A DNA stretch of 64,000 nt from positions 144,646,001 to 144,710,000 of the forward strand of contig OX597817.1 of assembly GCA_951406725.2 (NCBI GenBank), in the 5' to 3' direction. The stretch is from Octopus vulgaris (taxonomy: Eukaryota). A program made the translations under genes and the position numbers. Each line of letters starts with the position of its first letter. The first letter of the stretch is position 1. This document shows positions 1-11,980 of this stretch, in pieces. The notes below the pieces were generated by a model. It had not been told where the DNA came from and made no database searches. It was given only the letters and a program-made list of their open reading frames with translations.

Positions 1-267
1 CTTCATGCGTCACTCAACTCTCTGCAGGCAAAACTACACCAAGAATGGGCTTTGATTCCACAAAACAACTGTGTGCCATGTATGAAGCATTCACACTTTT
101 ACTTAAGGCTGTAATTTGAAACAGAGGTGTTCATATCAAATAAATGTGGTACTGTCATAATTGTGTTACCTTTACCATTGCATTGCAACACTCGGACCCA
201 AAATATAACAATATTTTGCTTTGGTAAAATTGAAAAAATTTGGTTGCCTTAATTTTGGGACACCCTA
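1..267 (+). mobile_element. Tc1-like DNA transposon, decayed 3' end (transposase C-terminus remnant plus right TIR)
   Basis: Translates with frameshift/stop to ...SLQAKLHQEWALIPQ..AF..LLKAVI*NRGVHIK*, like a Tc1 C-terminus; ends in aattttgggacaccc followed by TA. Confidence 0.65.
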
Positions 268-324
268 TATGTACGTGTTTCTGTTTGTATATACATATAC
301 ATATATATATACATACATACACAC

Positions 325-601
325 TCTCTCTTTTACTCTCTTTTACTTGTTTCAGTCATTTGACTGCAGCCATGCTGGAGCCCCACCTTTAGTTGAGCAA
401 ATCGACCCCAGGACTTATTCTTTGTAAGTTTAGTACTTATTCTATCGGTCTCAGGACGTAAACACACCAGCATTGGTTGTCAAGCGAAGTTGGGGGGATG
501 AACACAGATAAACATATACACGCACTTACCATACATATATATGTATACACATATGACAGGCTTCTTTCAGTTTCCGTCTACCAAATCCACTCACAAGGCT
601 T
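325..601 (-). mobile_element. SINE-A, 5'-truncated
   Basis: Reverse complement of the 3' part of the full copy at 62874-63329. Confidence 0.85.
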
Positions 602-602
602 G

Positions 603-651
<49 letters not shown>

Positions 652-1088
652 GTATAAGAAGGGATGACCACTAAGTGGACATCCAATATGCTAGAAATAG
701 ATCACCTTTATTTTGTATTTTTCATTTGTCTTACCTGCTTACACACACACACAGTGGATGGTCTACTTCCAGTTTCTGTGTACCAAACCAACTCACAGTG
801 TTTGTATAGCTTGTTTTTACAAGTTTGCATGGTTTGACGCTTCTGTAAATACAAATATTTTTAAGAATTTTTAAAACAATTATTTCCATAGAGTAAATCT
901 CTTCCACAATATCAAATATTCAATAATGAAACAGTTTCGAAAAGTAGAGAGAGAGACAGAATGGAAAAGAAAGAGGCGGAGGAAGCAAAGAAAGAAGAGA
1001 GAAAAGAAAAGGAGTGAAATGGGAATGAATAGGAGAGAGAGAGAGAGATAGCATAACAACATGGCTAAACAACTGTATTTTGTACAAC

Positions 1089-1504
1089 ATCATCATCATC
1101 ATCATTGTTTAACATCTGCTTTCCATGCTAGCATGGGTTGGACGATTTTGACTGAGGTCTGGCGAACCAGATGGCTGCTCCAGGCTCCAATCTTGATCTG
1201 GCAAAGTTTCTACAGCTGGATGCCCTTCCTAATGCCAACCACTCCGAGAGTGTAGTGGGTGCTTTTTATGTGCCACAGGCACGGGGGCCAGTCAGGCAGT
1301 ACTGGTAATGACCTCGCTCCAATCTTTTACTCATGCCACCGGCACAGGTGCCAGTAAGGCAACGTTGGTAGCGATCACGCTCGAATTGTGTCCTTTTACA
1401 TACTAGGGCATGGGGGCCAGTCAGGTGGTACTGGCAATGACCTCGCTCGAATCTTTTTACATATGCCACCGGCACAGGTGCCAGTAAGGCAACATTGGTA
1501 ATGC
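1089..1504 (-). mobile_element. Element C (RTE 3' end) with ~60-bp internal tandem array
   Basis: (CAT)n tail, ctggatgcccttcctaatgccaaccactc motif, then about 4 units carrying tgccaccggcac. Confidence 0.85.
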
Positions 1505-3019
1505 AAAAGATTTGTTGCTCTTTTTGTTGTTGTAAATCTCCAAATCAATCTTGAGCCAAGGCATATCAGTCATTATAGGAGTACAGAAGACTACATTATC
1601 ATCATCATTCAGTGTCTGTTTTCTATGCTGGCATGGGTTGGATAGCTTGACAGGAGATGGCAAGCCAGAAAGCTGCACCAAGCTCCGGTTTTCTGCTTCG
1701 GCATGGTTTCTAGCGTCAGGGTACGTTTTATGTGGCACCAGCACCAGTGCTTTTTACACGGCACCAGCAATAATTTTATAAGATGGCATAATGTAAGTCA
1801 AGCATGACTGCTACTTCAAGTAAGTCAACCATAAAAAAGCATTCATACTGGTTCTTGTGAGTGATATCTAGATGCTTATGGTGATTATTAGTCCTGCTAT
1901 CAGTAGGAAATTCCTCAGAGGTTTCCAGAACTGGGAAAAGGCATATCAATATGCTTCATATCACACTCATTCCAGGAATGTTCTCTGGGATGGAAGTTTA
2001 TCATTCAGCTTTTATGATAATGACCAAACCCCTAAACAGACCCCTGTAGTTTCTGAAAAAAAAATAAATAAAAAATAAAAGGCTTGAAGTAGAAGGAATT
2101 TAGATTCAAGCACGTTTTCCAATCTTATCTGGAACCAAAACTGTTATGATTCAGACTAGATTAGATACTAAGGTATATCACTTGCAACGAGATAGATTCT
2201 TTAGGTAAGTCACTCCTTTTGCTGTTCGTTGTCTTTGCTGTGGAAATGATGAAATAGGAAACGGTGTTTACAATGTTTAATGCACCTTAATGCCATGTCT
2301 AAACTGCCAAAATAAATAAATAAATGAATGTAATCTATAAACATTGGATTATCTCACAAATCCAAATATTTTCAATTTAAAAGAATGTGCAGTGAGAAAG
2401 AAAGCCAAGTTTAATATTTCATGTTTGTGTTGTATGAATGAATGAGAAGGATAGGAGTAAGAAGGTGGAAAAGGAGTGAGTATGAGTGAGTGGATGTGGG
2501 GTGATATAGAGGAGTGTATGAGAAAGAGAGGAAGAGCTGCATGAGAAAGGCGAGAGGAGAAATAGATAAGGAACTGTTAAAAGCAATCCTGACTAACCAA
2601 AGCTAAATGATTGATATGTGTTAGTGCTGTTGCTGGGTGTGGTGTAATAAACACACAGACATAAAATATACACGCTTTTGAAATGTAGAGTAGAAGTAAT
2701 AAAGAGAAGCAGAATATATTTTGTAATTCTGATGCATCACACCTGTCCTTGCCTGAACTTTGATAAGAAACTCTGAAGACAAGTATTATATATGTTTATT
2801 CTTCCTCTTGCGAAGAGGATTTGATTTTAGTACAGTCAGTCACTGAACTGCATTTATTCTTTTATTTGTTTCAGTCATCTAGCCTTAGAAAATCTGCCAC
2901 AATAAACTCCATCTGACCCATGGGAAAAGTGGATGTTAAAACTATAATGATGATGATGATACACAGAAATGCAAAATTTTGTTGAGGGTCAAACATCCTC
3001 AACTCGATATTTATCTTTT

Positions 3020-3342
3020 TATTTTTTACTTGTTTCTGTTATAAGACGGTGGCCATGCTGGGGTACCACCTAGAACAATCTTTGTCGAATGAATTGATTC
3101 CAGTACTTTTTTTTTTATTACTTTTAGGCCTTGTGCTTATTCTATTGGTCTCGTTTGCCAAAATGCTAAGTTACAGGGATGTAAACACACCAACACTTGT
3201 CTTTCCATTTAGCAAATCTGTTCACAAGGCTTTGGTTGAGTCAAGGCTATAAAAGAAAACACTTGCCCAAGGTGCCACACAGTAGGACTGAACCTGGAAC
3301 CATGTGTTTCGGAAGCAAACTTCTTACCACACAGCCACACCT
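3020..3342 (-). mobile_element. SINE-A, internally deleted
   Basis: Tail (tttacttgtttc) and head (ttaccacacagccacacc) both match family A. Confidence 0.8.
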
Positions 3343-4149
3343 TTGAAATATTTCTTCAGACACAGTCGTAGGTTAATTGTCATATTACTATTTTTAAATA
3401 CAAAAACAAAAAAAGAAATTAATAAATAAAAGCCAAAAATAAGACCAAACTTAAACAGATGATCAATAACTTTTATCAAACACTAATATGTTATTTATAT
3501 TAATCTTTTAAATTTTTTTTTAATGTTTTTCTTGTTGGATTCTATCTGTTAGTCAATCAATCTTAACAAGAATTTTTAAGGCTTCTATTCGATAAAAGAG
3601 AATTACCAGAAAACATTCCATCACAATTCCATAATAATACCGCCGATATCTTTATTGGTAATTCCTACTATTCATTTGTGTTATTTTTTTTATTGGTCGA
3701 GAATTACTTCATTGTTCGACTCCATTTTCATTCCTTCTTCTCCACCCCCCTAGAAGGCCAGTCTACGACTTCTGAAATGGTCTGATATAATCGATGTTTA
3801 AAGTCATTTCCCACCCACCCTCATCTCTTGCCACCCCACAAAATCAAAGCCAAATTTCTTTGGAAATATTGAAGAAATACTTCATATGTTACACTTGATC
3901 TTCAAAACTTCAGATTATGTTCTTATGAAGATCACCTCGTGATAAAATTCTTGTTATAGGAAATTTTTAACTGAGGAAAATTGAAGGCAGTTATTGTATT
4001 TCTTACCCTCTTTTGGTTTTATTTGTTCTTTTTTTATTGTATTTATGTTGTTGTTCTACTCAGCTTATTTCGGTAAAATAATTCCAATATAGAATTATAA
4101 AGAATCATTACAGAATTTGGTGTAGAAGGATTAAGAAGTGAAACAATTT

Positions 4150-4395
4150 GTCATTATCATCATCATCATTGTCATTGCCATCAATGAATATCATCATCAT
4201 CATCATAATCAGCAGTTAATATTATCATCATCATCATCATAACCATCAATTAATATCACCATCATCATCATCGTCATAGCCATCACTTAATACCATCATC
4301 ATAACCATCAGTTAACATCATCATCATCATTGTCATCATCATCATCATCATAGCCATCACTAAATATCATCATCATTATCATCATCATCATCATA
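4150..4395. repeat. Degenerate (CAT)n microsatellite with higher-order periodicity
   Basis: About 245 bp of catcat runs interrupted by recurring a(a/g)ccatca..taa motifs. Confidence 0.9.
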
Positions 4396-4859
4396 TTTGT
4401 CTTCTTCATCCTCATCCTTCTCATCTCCAATATTGGTTTCACATTTTGGCAACAAGGCCAGCAATTCTGAGGGAGAAAGTAAGTCAATCACATTGACCCC
4501 TAATGATCAACTGGTACTTATTTTATCAACCTTGAAAGGATCAAAGACAAATTCTACTTCAACGGAATTTGAACTCAGAACATAAAGATGTTGCTATGCA
4601 TTCATTTTACCTGATGTGCTAATGATTCTGTCAGCTTGCTGCATTATCAATATTATTACCTTCATCAACAATATCATCATCATCACCATCATTTCTCATT
4701 TTAACAAAACCAAGTGGTACAGACAATAAATACATGCTTTATGAACCCTTTGTTTGTTTTGCTGTCTCCTGTGTCTAGAATGTAAACATTCACGTATGCA
4801 CATACACTATCCGCACAATACACACACACACACATTGTATATATATATATACATACATA

Positions 4860-5016
4860 CAACGGGCTTCTTTCAGTTTCCGTCTACCAGATCTACTCAT
4901 AAGGCTTTGGTTATCCCGAGGCTATAGTAGAAGAAAGACACTTTCCCAAGATGCCACGTAGTGGGATTGAACCTGGAACCATGTGGTTGGAAAGCAAGCT
5001 TCTTACCACACAGCCA
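4860..5016 (-). mobile_element. SINE-A head half
   Basis: cttctttcagtttccgtctacc...cttaccacacagcca. Confidence 0.85.
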
Positions 5017-5049
5017 TCAATATTTAAGAATTTTTTTTTGTTATAAGGA

Positions 5050-5322
5050 GATCGTCGCCAGTGCCGCTGGACTGGCTCCTGTGTGGGTGGCACATAAAAA
5101 GCACAATTTGGGCATGACCGTTGCCAGTTCCACCAAACTGGCCCTCGTGCTGGTGACACGTAAAAGCACCCACTACACCCTTGGAGTGGTTGGCATTAGG
5201 AAGGGCATCCAGCTGTTGAAACTCTGCCAGATCAGATTGGAGTTTGGTTTGCCAGACCTCAATCAAATTGTCCAACCCATGCTAGTATGGAAAGTGGACA
5301 TTAAATGATGATGATAATGATG
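5050..5322 (+). mobile_element. Element C (RTE 3' end)
   Basis: gcacgtaaaagcacc-like units, ggttggcattaggaagggcatccagctg, ggacattaaa(tga)n tail. Confidence 0.85.
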
Positions 5323-6846
5323 AATCAAGCCAAATGGTTGTCGTTTTGAGCCACTCACCCAATGAGTATTTCTGTCAAATGTGGTGAAAATCCGTTCAGT
5401 CGTTTCCCAGTAATTTTGAAAACACACAGACAAACAAGGATGAGGGATTACAATACCCTGCTTTCGCTTACGCGTGCAGGGTAATAAATAGGTGAGGGTG
5501 TTTTTTGAGTGTGGGAAATGAATTGTGCAAGAATGCTGTGAGAACCTGTGATGAGGGAAAGATTTTAGAGGGAAGGGAAAATGCAAGGTAAATAATAAAA
5601 GGCTTAGGGATTAATATGTTAAGTAGGTGTTACCACATAAAACAAGGCTGACCTGATTTTTTCAGAGAAAATTTAATTTATATTCTTTTTGATACCTGCC
5701 AGGCATAAATTAATTGCATCAGTGTGTACCCCCATTTAGTTTTTTTTTGTTTTTGTTTTTTTTTACATAAGGGCTAAACTAAGAGCATGGGAACACGATG
5801 TTTTTTTTGTTTTGGTGTTTCCTGTATGAGTGTGTTTTATTTATCTTTTAGTTCTTCTAGTCATTGAACTGTGGCCATGCTGGGACATACCTTACGCAGT
5901 TTTGTTAAAGTAATTGACCCCTGTCTGGTACTTATTCTATCAGTCTCGTTTACAGAGCCACCAACTTGTGGGGACATAAACAAACCATCACCAGTTATCG
6001 AGTAGTGTGGGGGATACACATGAATACACACACACACAGGTATACATGACAGGCCTCCACACAATTACCATCTACCAAATTCACTCACAGACATATAGTA
6101 GCAGACATCCCCCCACACACACACACAAGTGCCGCACGATAGGACTGAACCCAAAAGCATGTGGTTCCAAACCGATCTTCTTAACCACACAGCCATACCT
6201 GTGCCTATTTATTTATTTGTTCTTTTATTTATTTTAAATGAAATCTTGACATTGCAACAGTGATTAAAAAAAAAAAAAAATATTGTAAAGCCGGCATTCT
6301 GGAAACGGGCCAAACACACCAATACTATTTTTTTATCATTTATTCAGTTGTTCAGACACATTTGTAATGCTAGTTTCACATCTCTCTCTAATCTAAAAAG
6401 TCGTCATTTCCACTTTCCTTCTTTCTTTCATTCATCTTTTATCCTTTTTTTTTTTTGCAATTTTTTTCTTTCTTTCCATTTCATTTCTACAGTATAGATG
6501 TTTAACACTGCTTCTTCCACTTTACCTTATATTTTTATTATTCATATATTTATTGTTTTTATTTATTTTTTATTCCTTTCCCCCCTCTTTCAAAACTTGT
6601 GCAACACTGCAAATGTTATATTAACTCTGTCTGACTATCTCTTCGAGTTATTGATTGCCACCACTTTCAGCCACTTATTCCTTCTCTGCTCGGTCAGTTA
6701 ATCACTTATTTACAGCTCCAGGATTTTTATGTGTGTGAATGTATGTGTGCATACGTATGCCATACATGCTTGCAGACACATACACAGACTCTTCAAGTTG
6801 AGAAACTTAATACAACAGGTCTATTTGCATGCATATAACATATATA

Positions 6847-6896
<50 letters not shown>

Positions 6897-7459
6897 TACA
6901 TATGTACATGTGTGTGTGTGTTTAGAAATTGTTTTATATTTCAATATTCACCCTTATTGTGTGTATATTTATAGAAATTAATGTTTATATGTTTAAATAT
7001 TCAATAACATTGATCTGTTTTGAGAGAGGGAAATGATAAGGAGAAAAGTTTTTATTTATAATTAAAATTCTAAAGATTTTAAGAAAATTTGTTCCCTGAA
7101 TTTCTACATATATAAACAAAAGGTTTAAAATCTCCCTGTTTCTCTCTTTTACTTGTGACCATCCTTCTTCACTCCTTTCTCCCGTAGAAAAATATTGAAG
7201 AAAAACACTCAGATATTTCCTTCAAGAATATTTAGAATATTTGTTAGATTTTGTTTTTTATTAAGCCCAGGATAAATCATTTTAAGTTAATTTTCAAAGA
7301 TAAGGAGTCAACTGAATGGATCCAGTCTTTGACTTGTTCTTAATTTCATAAACATCAGAAAATGAATAATGGCAAAGTCGATGCCAGTATATTTCTGAAC
7401 TTAGAGTCATGAGATAAGAAACTTGCCTTGTCCAGTGTTATGGATATGCGATATTAGAT

Positions 7460-7955
7460 TCCAATTTTGGCACAAGACCAGCAAGTTCAATTACATTGAT
7501 GACCCCACCCCCCAGTGCTCAACTGGTACTTATTTTATCGACCCAGAAAGGATGATAGACAATGTCAACATCACAAGAATTTGAACTCAGAACATAAAAC
7601 AGATGAAATGCCGTTGAGCATTTTGTCCATCGTACTAACAATTCTGCTAGTTTGCCACCCTGATGGACACCCAATATTAACATGACTTCAACAGGAAAGG
7701 CATCTGGCTGTGAAACAACGCCTCAACAATATATTAATCTAAGGCTGTGAGCTGGCTGAAATGTTAGCACACTGGGCAAAATGCTTAGTCATATTTTGCC
7801 TGTGTTTACGTTCTGATTTCAAATTCCGCCACGGTCAACTTTGCCTTTCATCCTTTTGGGATTGATAAATTAAGTACTAGTTGCGTACTGGGGTCGATCT
7901 AATCGACTGGCTCCCTCCCCCCAAATTTCAGGCCTTGTGCCTAGAGTAGAAATGA
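7460..7955. mobile_element. Two SINE-B copies, head to head (7460-7660 minus; 7741-7955 plus)
   Basis: gagctggc..gttagcac head, ttcaaattccgcc, ctttgcctttcatcc core, tcaggccttgtgcc tail. Confidence 0.8.
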
Positions 7956-8885
7956 ATATATTAATCTAATCCATGCTAGCATGAAAACATGGATGCAAAA
8001 GCAAACAAATGAATGAATGATTTTTGATTATAGTTTAGCAGGATCAAGGTTTACCTAGGGTTAAACAATAACAACGGCAGATTTGTTGGAGATGAGTGTA
8101 GTTAACTGAATTTATCCACAGAACATTATTGATACTTATTTTATTGGTTTTCGGAATGATAAATCGCAAAGTTAACCTCGGTTGGATTTGGATGCAGAAT
8201 ATTGAATTATCTATCTGAGTAGTTATCCATTTGGATTAATTCACAGACGCTTGCAATACAGGTGTGGCAATAGGTGCAGGTATGGCTGTGTGTAATTAAG
8301 AAGCTTCCCAACTAGGTGGTCTTGAGTTCAAGCCCATTGCATAGCACCTTGGGCATGTGTCTTCTACTATGGTCACAGGCAGATAAAAGTCTTGTGAGTG
8401 GATTTGGTAGATGGAAACTGAAAGAATCCCATCATATATGCATGTGTTTGTTTGTATCTTGTCTAGCATTGTCAGTCTCAAAGTCTTCCATATGGAAATA
8501 TTAATTTGATTGGAAATAGGAAAGGGTTGATGACAGGAAGAGCATCCAGTCATAGAAAATCTGTCTCAGCAAGTTCCATCTGATCCATGCCTGCAAGGAA
8601 AAGTAGATGTTAAACAGCAATGATGATGATAATGGTCATTTCTACCATTGTCCAATAATTATTGATAATCATTACAGCAATCATGATTATTATTACATGA
8701 GCCCCTCCTGCTCCTACCCCAGGTGGCTTAGTTGAAGTTAGTGTGAATTGAAATTGAAATCTGGGGGGAGCAAAACTAGAGGGTTTTAAGTATTATAGCT
8801 GGGTGTGATATTCCTGTTTAAGCCATTCTATTATTAATGTATATTGGTTTCTCTTTCTCTTAAAATGAACATTAAATTTTATATA

Positions 8886-9764
8886 TCATCCTCATCATCA
8901 TTTAATGTCTGTTGTCCATGCTGGCATGGGTTGGATGGTTTGACCAGAGCTAACAAGCTGGGGAACTGCACCAGACTCCAGTCCAATTTAGCATGGTTTT
9001 CTACATCTGGATACCCTTCATAAAGCCAATCACTTTACAGAGCATGCTGGATACTTTTACGTGGCACCGCACAGGGACTTTTATGCAGGTCCACATGAGT
9101 GCTTTTATGTGGTTCCACATGGGCACTTTTATGCAGCTCCACATGGGTGCTTTTACATGGTTCCACATGGGTGCTTTTATGTGGCATGGCATGGGTGCTT
9201 TTTACATGGCACCACACAGGCGCTTTTATGTGGCACCACCACAAGTGTTTTTACCTTGCACTGGCCAAAGACTCTTACAAGTCAATCCTTGTTAAGTGTT
9301 AAGACCTGTCCTTAGGGAAACTTCTGCTGCAGAGTACTAGTCTTCTTGAGTACAGCAAGGCACCAGACATCTCGGTCCTTTGTCAGCCTGAAAAGTTTAG
9401 CATCCTAAGGTTGCTCTTCAATACTTCATCCCATGCCTTTCTTGGTCTTCATGTGATGCATTCATCTGCATCACATGATCATACTAGCACAATCTTCTCT
9501 CTTGCACACAGCAACCGATTCCTTTTATATCTAACTTCTCCCTCAGAACACTAGCACTCTGTTGAACATATACACTTACATTACACATCCAGTGGGGCAT
9601 ACTAGCTTCATTCCTTTCTAACCTTCACATGTCCTCTGTATTCAGGGCCCATGACTAGCTACCATGTAGAATTGCTGTCTGCATACGTGCTTCACACAAT
9701 TTTCCTTTTGCTTGGAGAGAGAAACTTTTCGTAACTGACAGAAGTAACAGCTCTCTGAATTTCC
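8886..9764 (-). mobile_element. RTE-clade LINE, 5'-truncated: ORF C-terminus plus 3' UTR (source of element C)
   Basis: Minus strand translates KFRELL..KGKL..QTAILHGS*SWAL..RLERNEASMPHWMCNVSV..LREKL..VQERRL..HVMQM..RPRKAWDEV, the post-RT region of RTE ORFs, and runs into the C-type tail. Confidence 0.85.
9050..9255. repeat. 24-bp minisatellite, about 8 units, inside the RTE 3' UTR
   Basis: Unit approx gtgcttttatgtggttccacatgg; produces the 8-aa periodic ORFs in the track. Confidence 0.9.
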
Positions 9765-10105
9765 TCACACACACACACACACACACATATTATTTGTACA
9801 ATGCTGTCAATTTAGTTGCATAATTGTCAATTCATTTCATGTTAAAAGAACTTTCAAAGTATGAAATGGTAAATTTACAATCATCATATCTGAATCTGAT
9901 GATTGTTAATGTACCTTTCCACACTTGAAAAGTTCTCAGCATGAAACCATTCAATAACATGACTTGTCTGTTATGAGACTCATTTATAATGTTGAATAAC
10001 TAATATACCCACTCTGTTACTTAATATACTAGTGCCTGTTTTCTGTGACTTACAAACTTTATTGGACAAGTATATACACACATATATATATAACTCCGCT
10101 TTCAG

Positions 10106-10393
10106 TTAGAGTTAACCATGTGTTTGCACCTATGCACACAGGGCCTGGACAGGTTTATTTCCTGGAAGTCTGGCAGTTGCTCACACATGCAAGTCTTTCC
10201 TCTCCTCACTACCAGTGTTGTTTTAGGGGCTCTGCAATGTGACTCTGGTGTTGCTACAAGAATCGCTGTCAGAATGCAGATAGCTGGGACAGATATTACA
10301 AAGAATCTTGCCAGGCACTCTAACAGTTCCTCCAATCATGGATTTCTACTTTTCACTACCTATAAAACTTTAAAGTTTACATGCTTATCATAA
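10106..10393 (+). other. Possible exon in unique sequence, product unknown
   Basis: ccgctttcag acceptor-like site at 10105; open frame to the stop at 10393; locally higher GC; no recognisable protein. Confidence 0.2.
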
Positions 10394-11208
10394 AGGAACC
10401 CATATCTATAAAATCCAATTTTAAATTGGACGATCGTCTTGGTAATCATTTCCGTTCTACATACATCCTTGTCAAGTCTTCCTGCAAACTTTCCAAAATG
10501 CAAAGTTATGATGACACCAACAAGATAAAGTAGAACAGATTTATTAGCAGAACAGCTTAAATCAATTCCATATCATTTCTGGAACCTAGATCTTTGAATT
10601 AAAGAGACATGAATTAAATATAACGACATTTGCATTAATTCGAATCCGTAACTAAGTAGAATTTCTGAGACACGATGAGAATCAACTGTCAAGCAGAGAC
10701 TGTTTGTTACACGGGAAAAACTATAAATTTGAATCAACATTTCTGTATCTAATATTGAAATGTCTCTTTGCATACAACAGAATTGAATTTGTACTTACAG
10801 GATATGTTTCACTCATAAAAACAGTAAACAAATTTATATATCAGAAGTCCGTTATCTGTAATTCTTTTCTTTTCTTTTTCCTCATTAATAGTTTTTGACA
10901 GCATTGTAACAACTATTCTAACAGTACATCCTCTGTTGATTAAGTTAACATTAAACATAGAAACACTGAGGCATCTGAAAGAAGAAAAACATGTGATGCT
11001 AGTCATCTAATGATTTTTCTATTGGTGAAATTCTGAATTCTTCTACTTCATTCTCTACGCAAAATAATTGATTCTCTTCTTAGTCTTTCAACCAGCTTCC
11101 ACTTTCTTGTTAACATCTTTACACATTATGCCATGGCTAATTTGGTATTACATTTCAACAGAAATACCTTTTTTTTTTAGAATAATTATTGAAAATTCTA
11201 AGGAATAT

Positions 11209-11598
11209 TTAACTCTTTTGTTACCATATTTCTGTTGAAATACGCTACCTTTGTTTTAATTAATTTTGAAAATAACAAAGAATTTAGTAAAATGACATTT
11301 CCATTATCAAGTTAGTGTTTCGAGCATAAATTAACGTAAAACTTTTAATGGGGAATTTTAATTTAGATCACTTTAACCCTTTTGTTACCATATTTCTGAT
11401 GAATTCATTACCTTTGTTTTAATCAATTTTGAAAATAGTGAATTTAGTAAAATAATTTTACCATTATTAAGCTGGTGTTTGGAACACATATTAACATAAA
11501 ATTTTTGAAGGAAAATTCTAATTTAGATCATTTTAAAACAGGAAGTTTATCTCATAGAACTAGAATGGTCTCTGGTGGGTTGGTATCAAAAGGGTTAA
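11209..11598 (+). mobile_element. piggyBac-like MITE (partial unit plus full unit 11373-11598)
   Basis: TTAA-cccttttgttacca ... tggtatcaaaaggg-TTAA. Confidence 0.8.
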
Positions 11599-11749
11599 TT
11601 CATAGATTTCTCCTGACTATATCTTATTGATGCTTTTAAATATTTGATCAGAAATGGGTTTACATTTGTAGCTGTTTGATATTATGTTACACATCTATTG
11701 AACAAGTATCTATTGACCAAACTTAAGCTTTCAGCATTATTAATAACTA

Positions 11750-11980
11750 TTTCTTTACTGCCCACAAGGGGCTACACACAAAGGGGACAAACAAGGACAG
11801 ACAAATGGATTAAGTTGATTATATCAACCCCAGTGCGTAACTGGTACTTAATTTATCAACCCCGAAAGGATGAAAGGCAAAGTCGACCTTGGCGGAATTT
11901 GAACCCAAAACGTAACGGCAGATGAAATACAACTATGCATTTCGCCCGGCATGCTAATGTTTCTGCCAGCTCGCTGCCTT
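11750..11980 (-). mobile_element. SINE-B, gtaaagaaata-tail subfamily
   Basis: Reverse complement of the copies at 38716 and 54192. Confidence 0.85.

Noticed and set aside
1872-2078. Possible exon near 1.9-2.05 kb
   Set aside because: The minus-strand acceptor-like site at about 2053 meets early stops in all three frames, and the plus ORF has no recognisable similarity.
4150-4420. Poly-His/poly-Ser coding exon
   Set aside because: It is a (CAT)n microsatellite with frame-disrupting interruptions and no splice support.
8993-9315. Five overlapping periodic ORFs
   Set aside because: They are translations of a 24-bp minisatellite.
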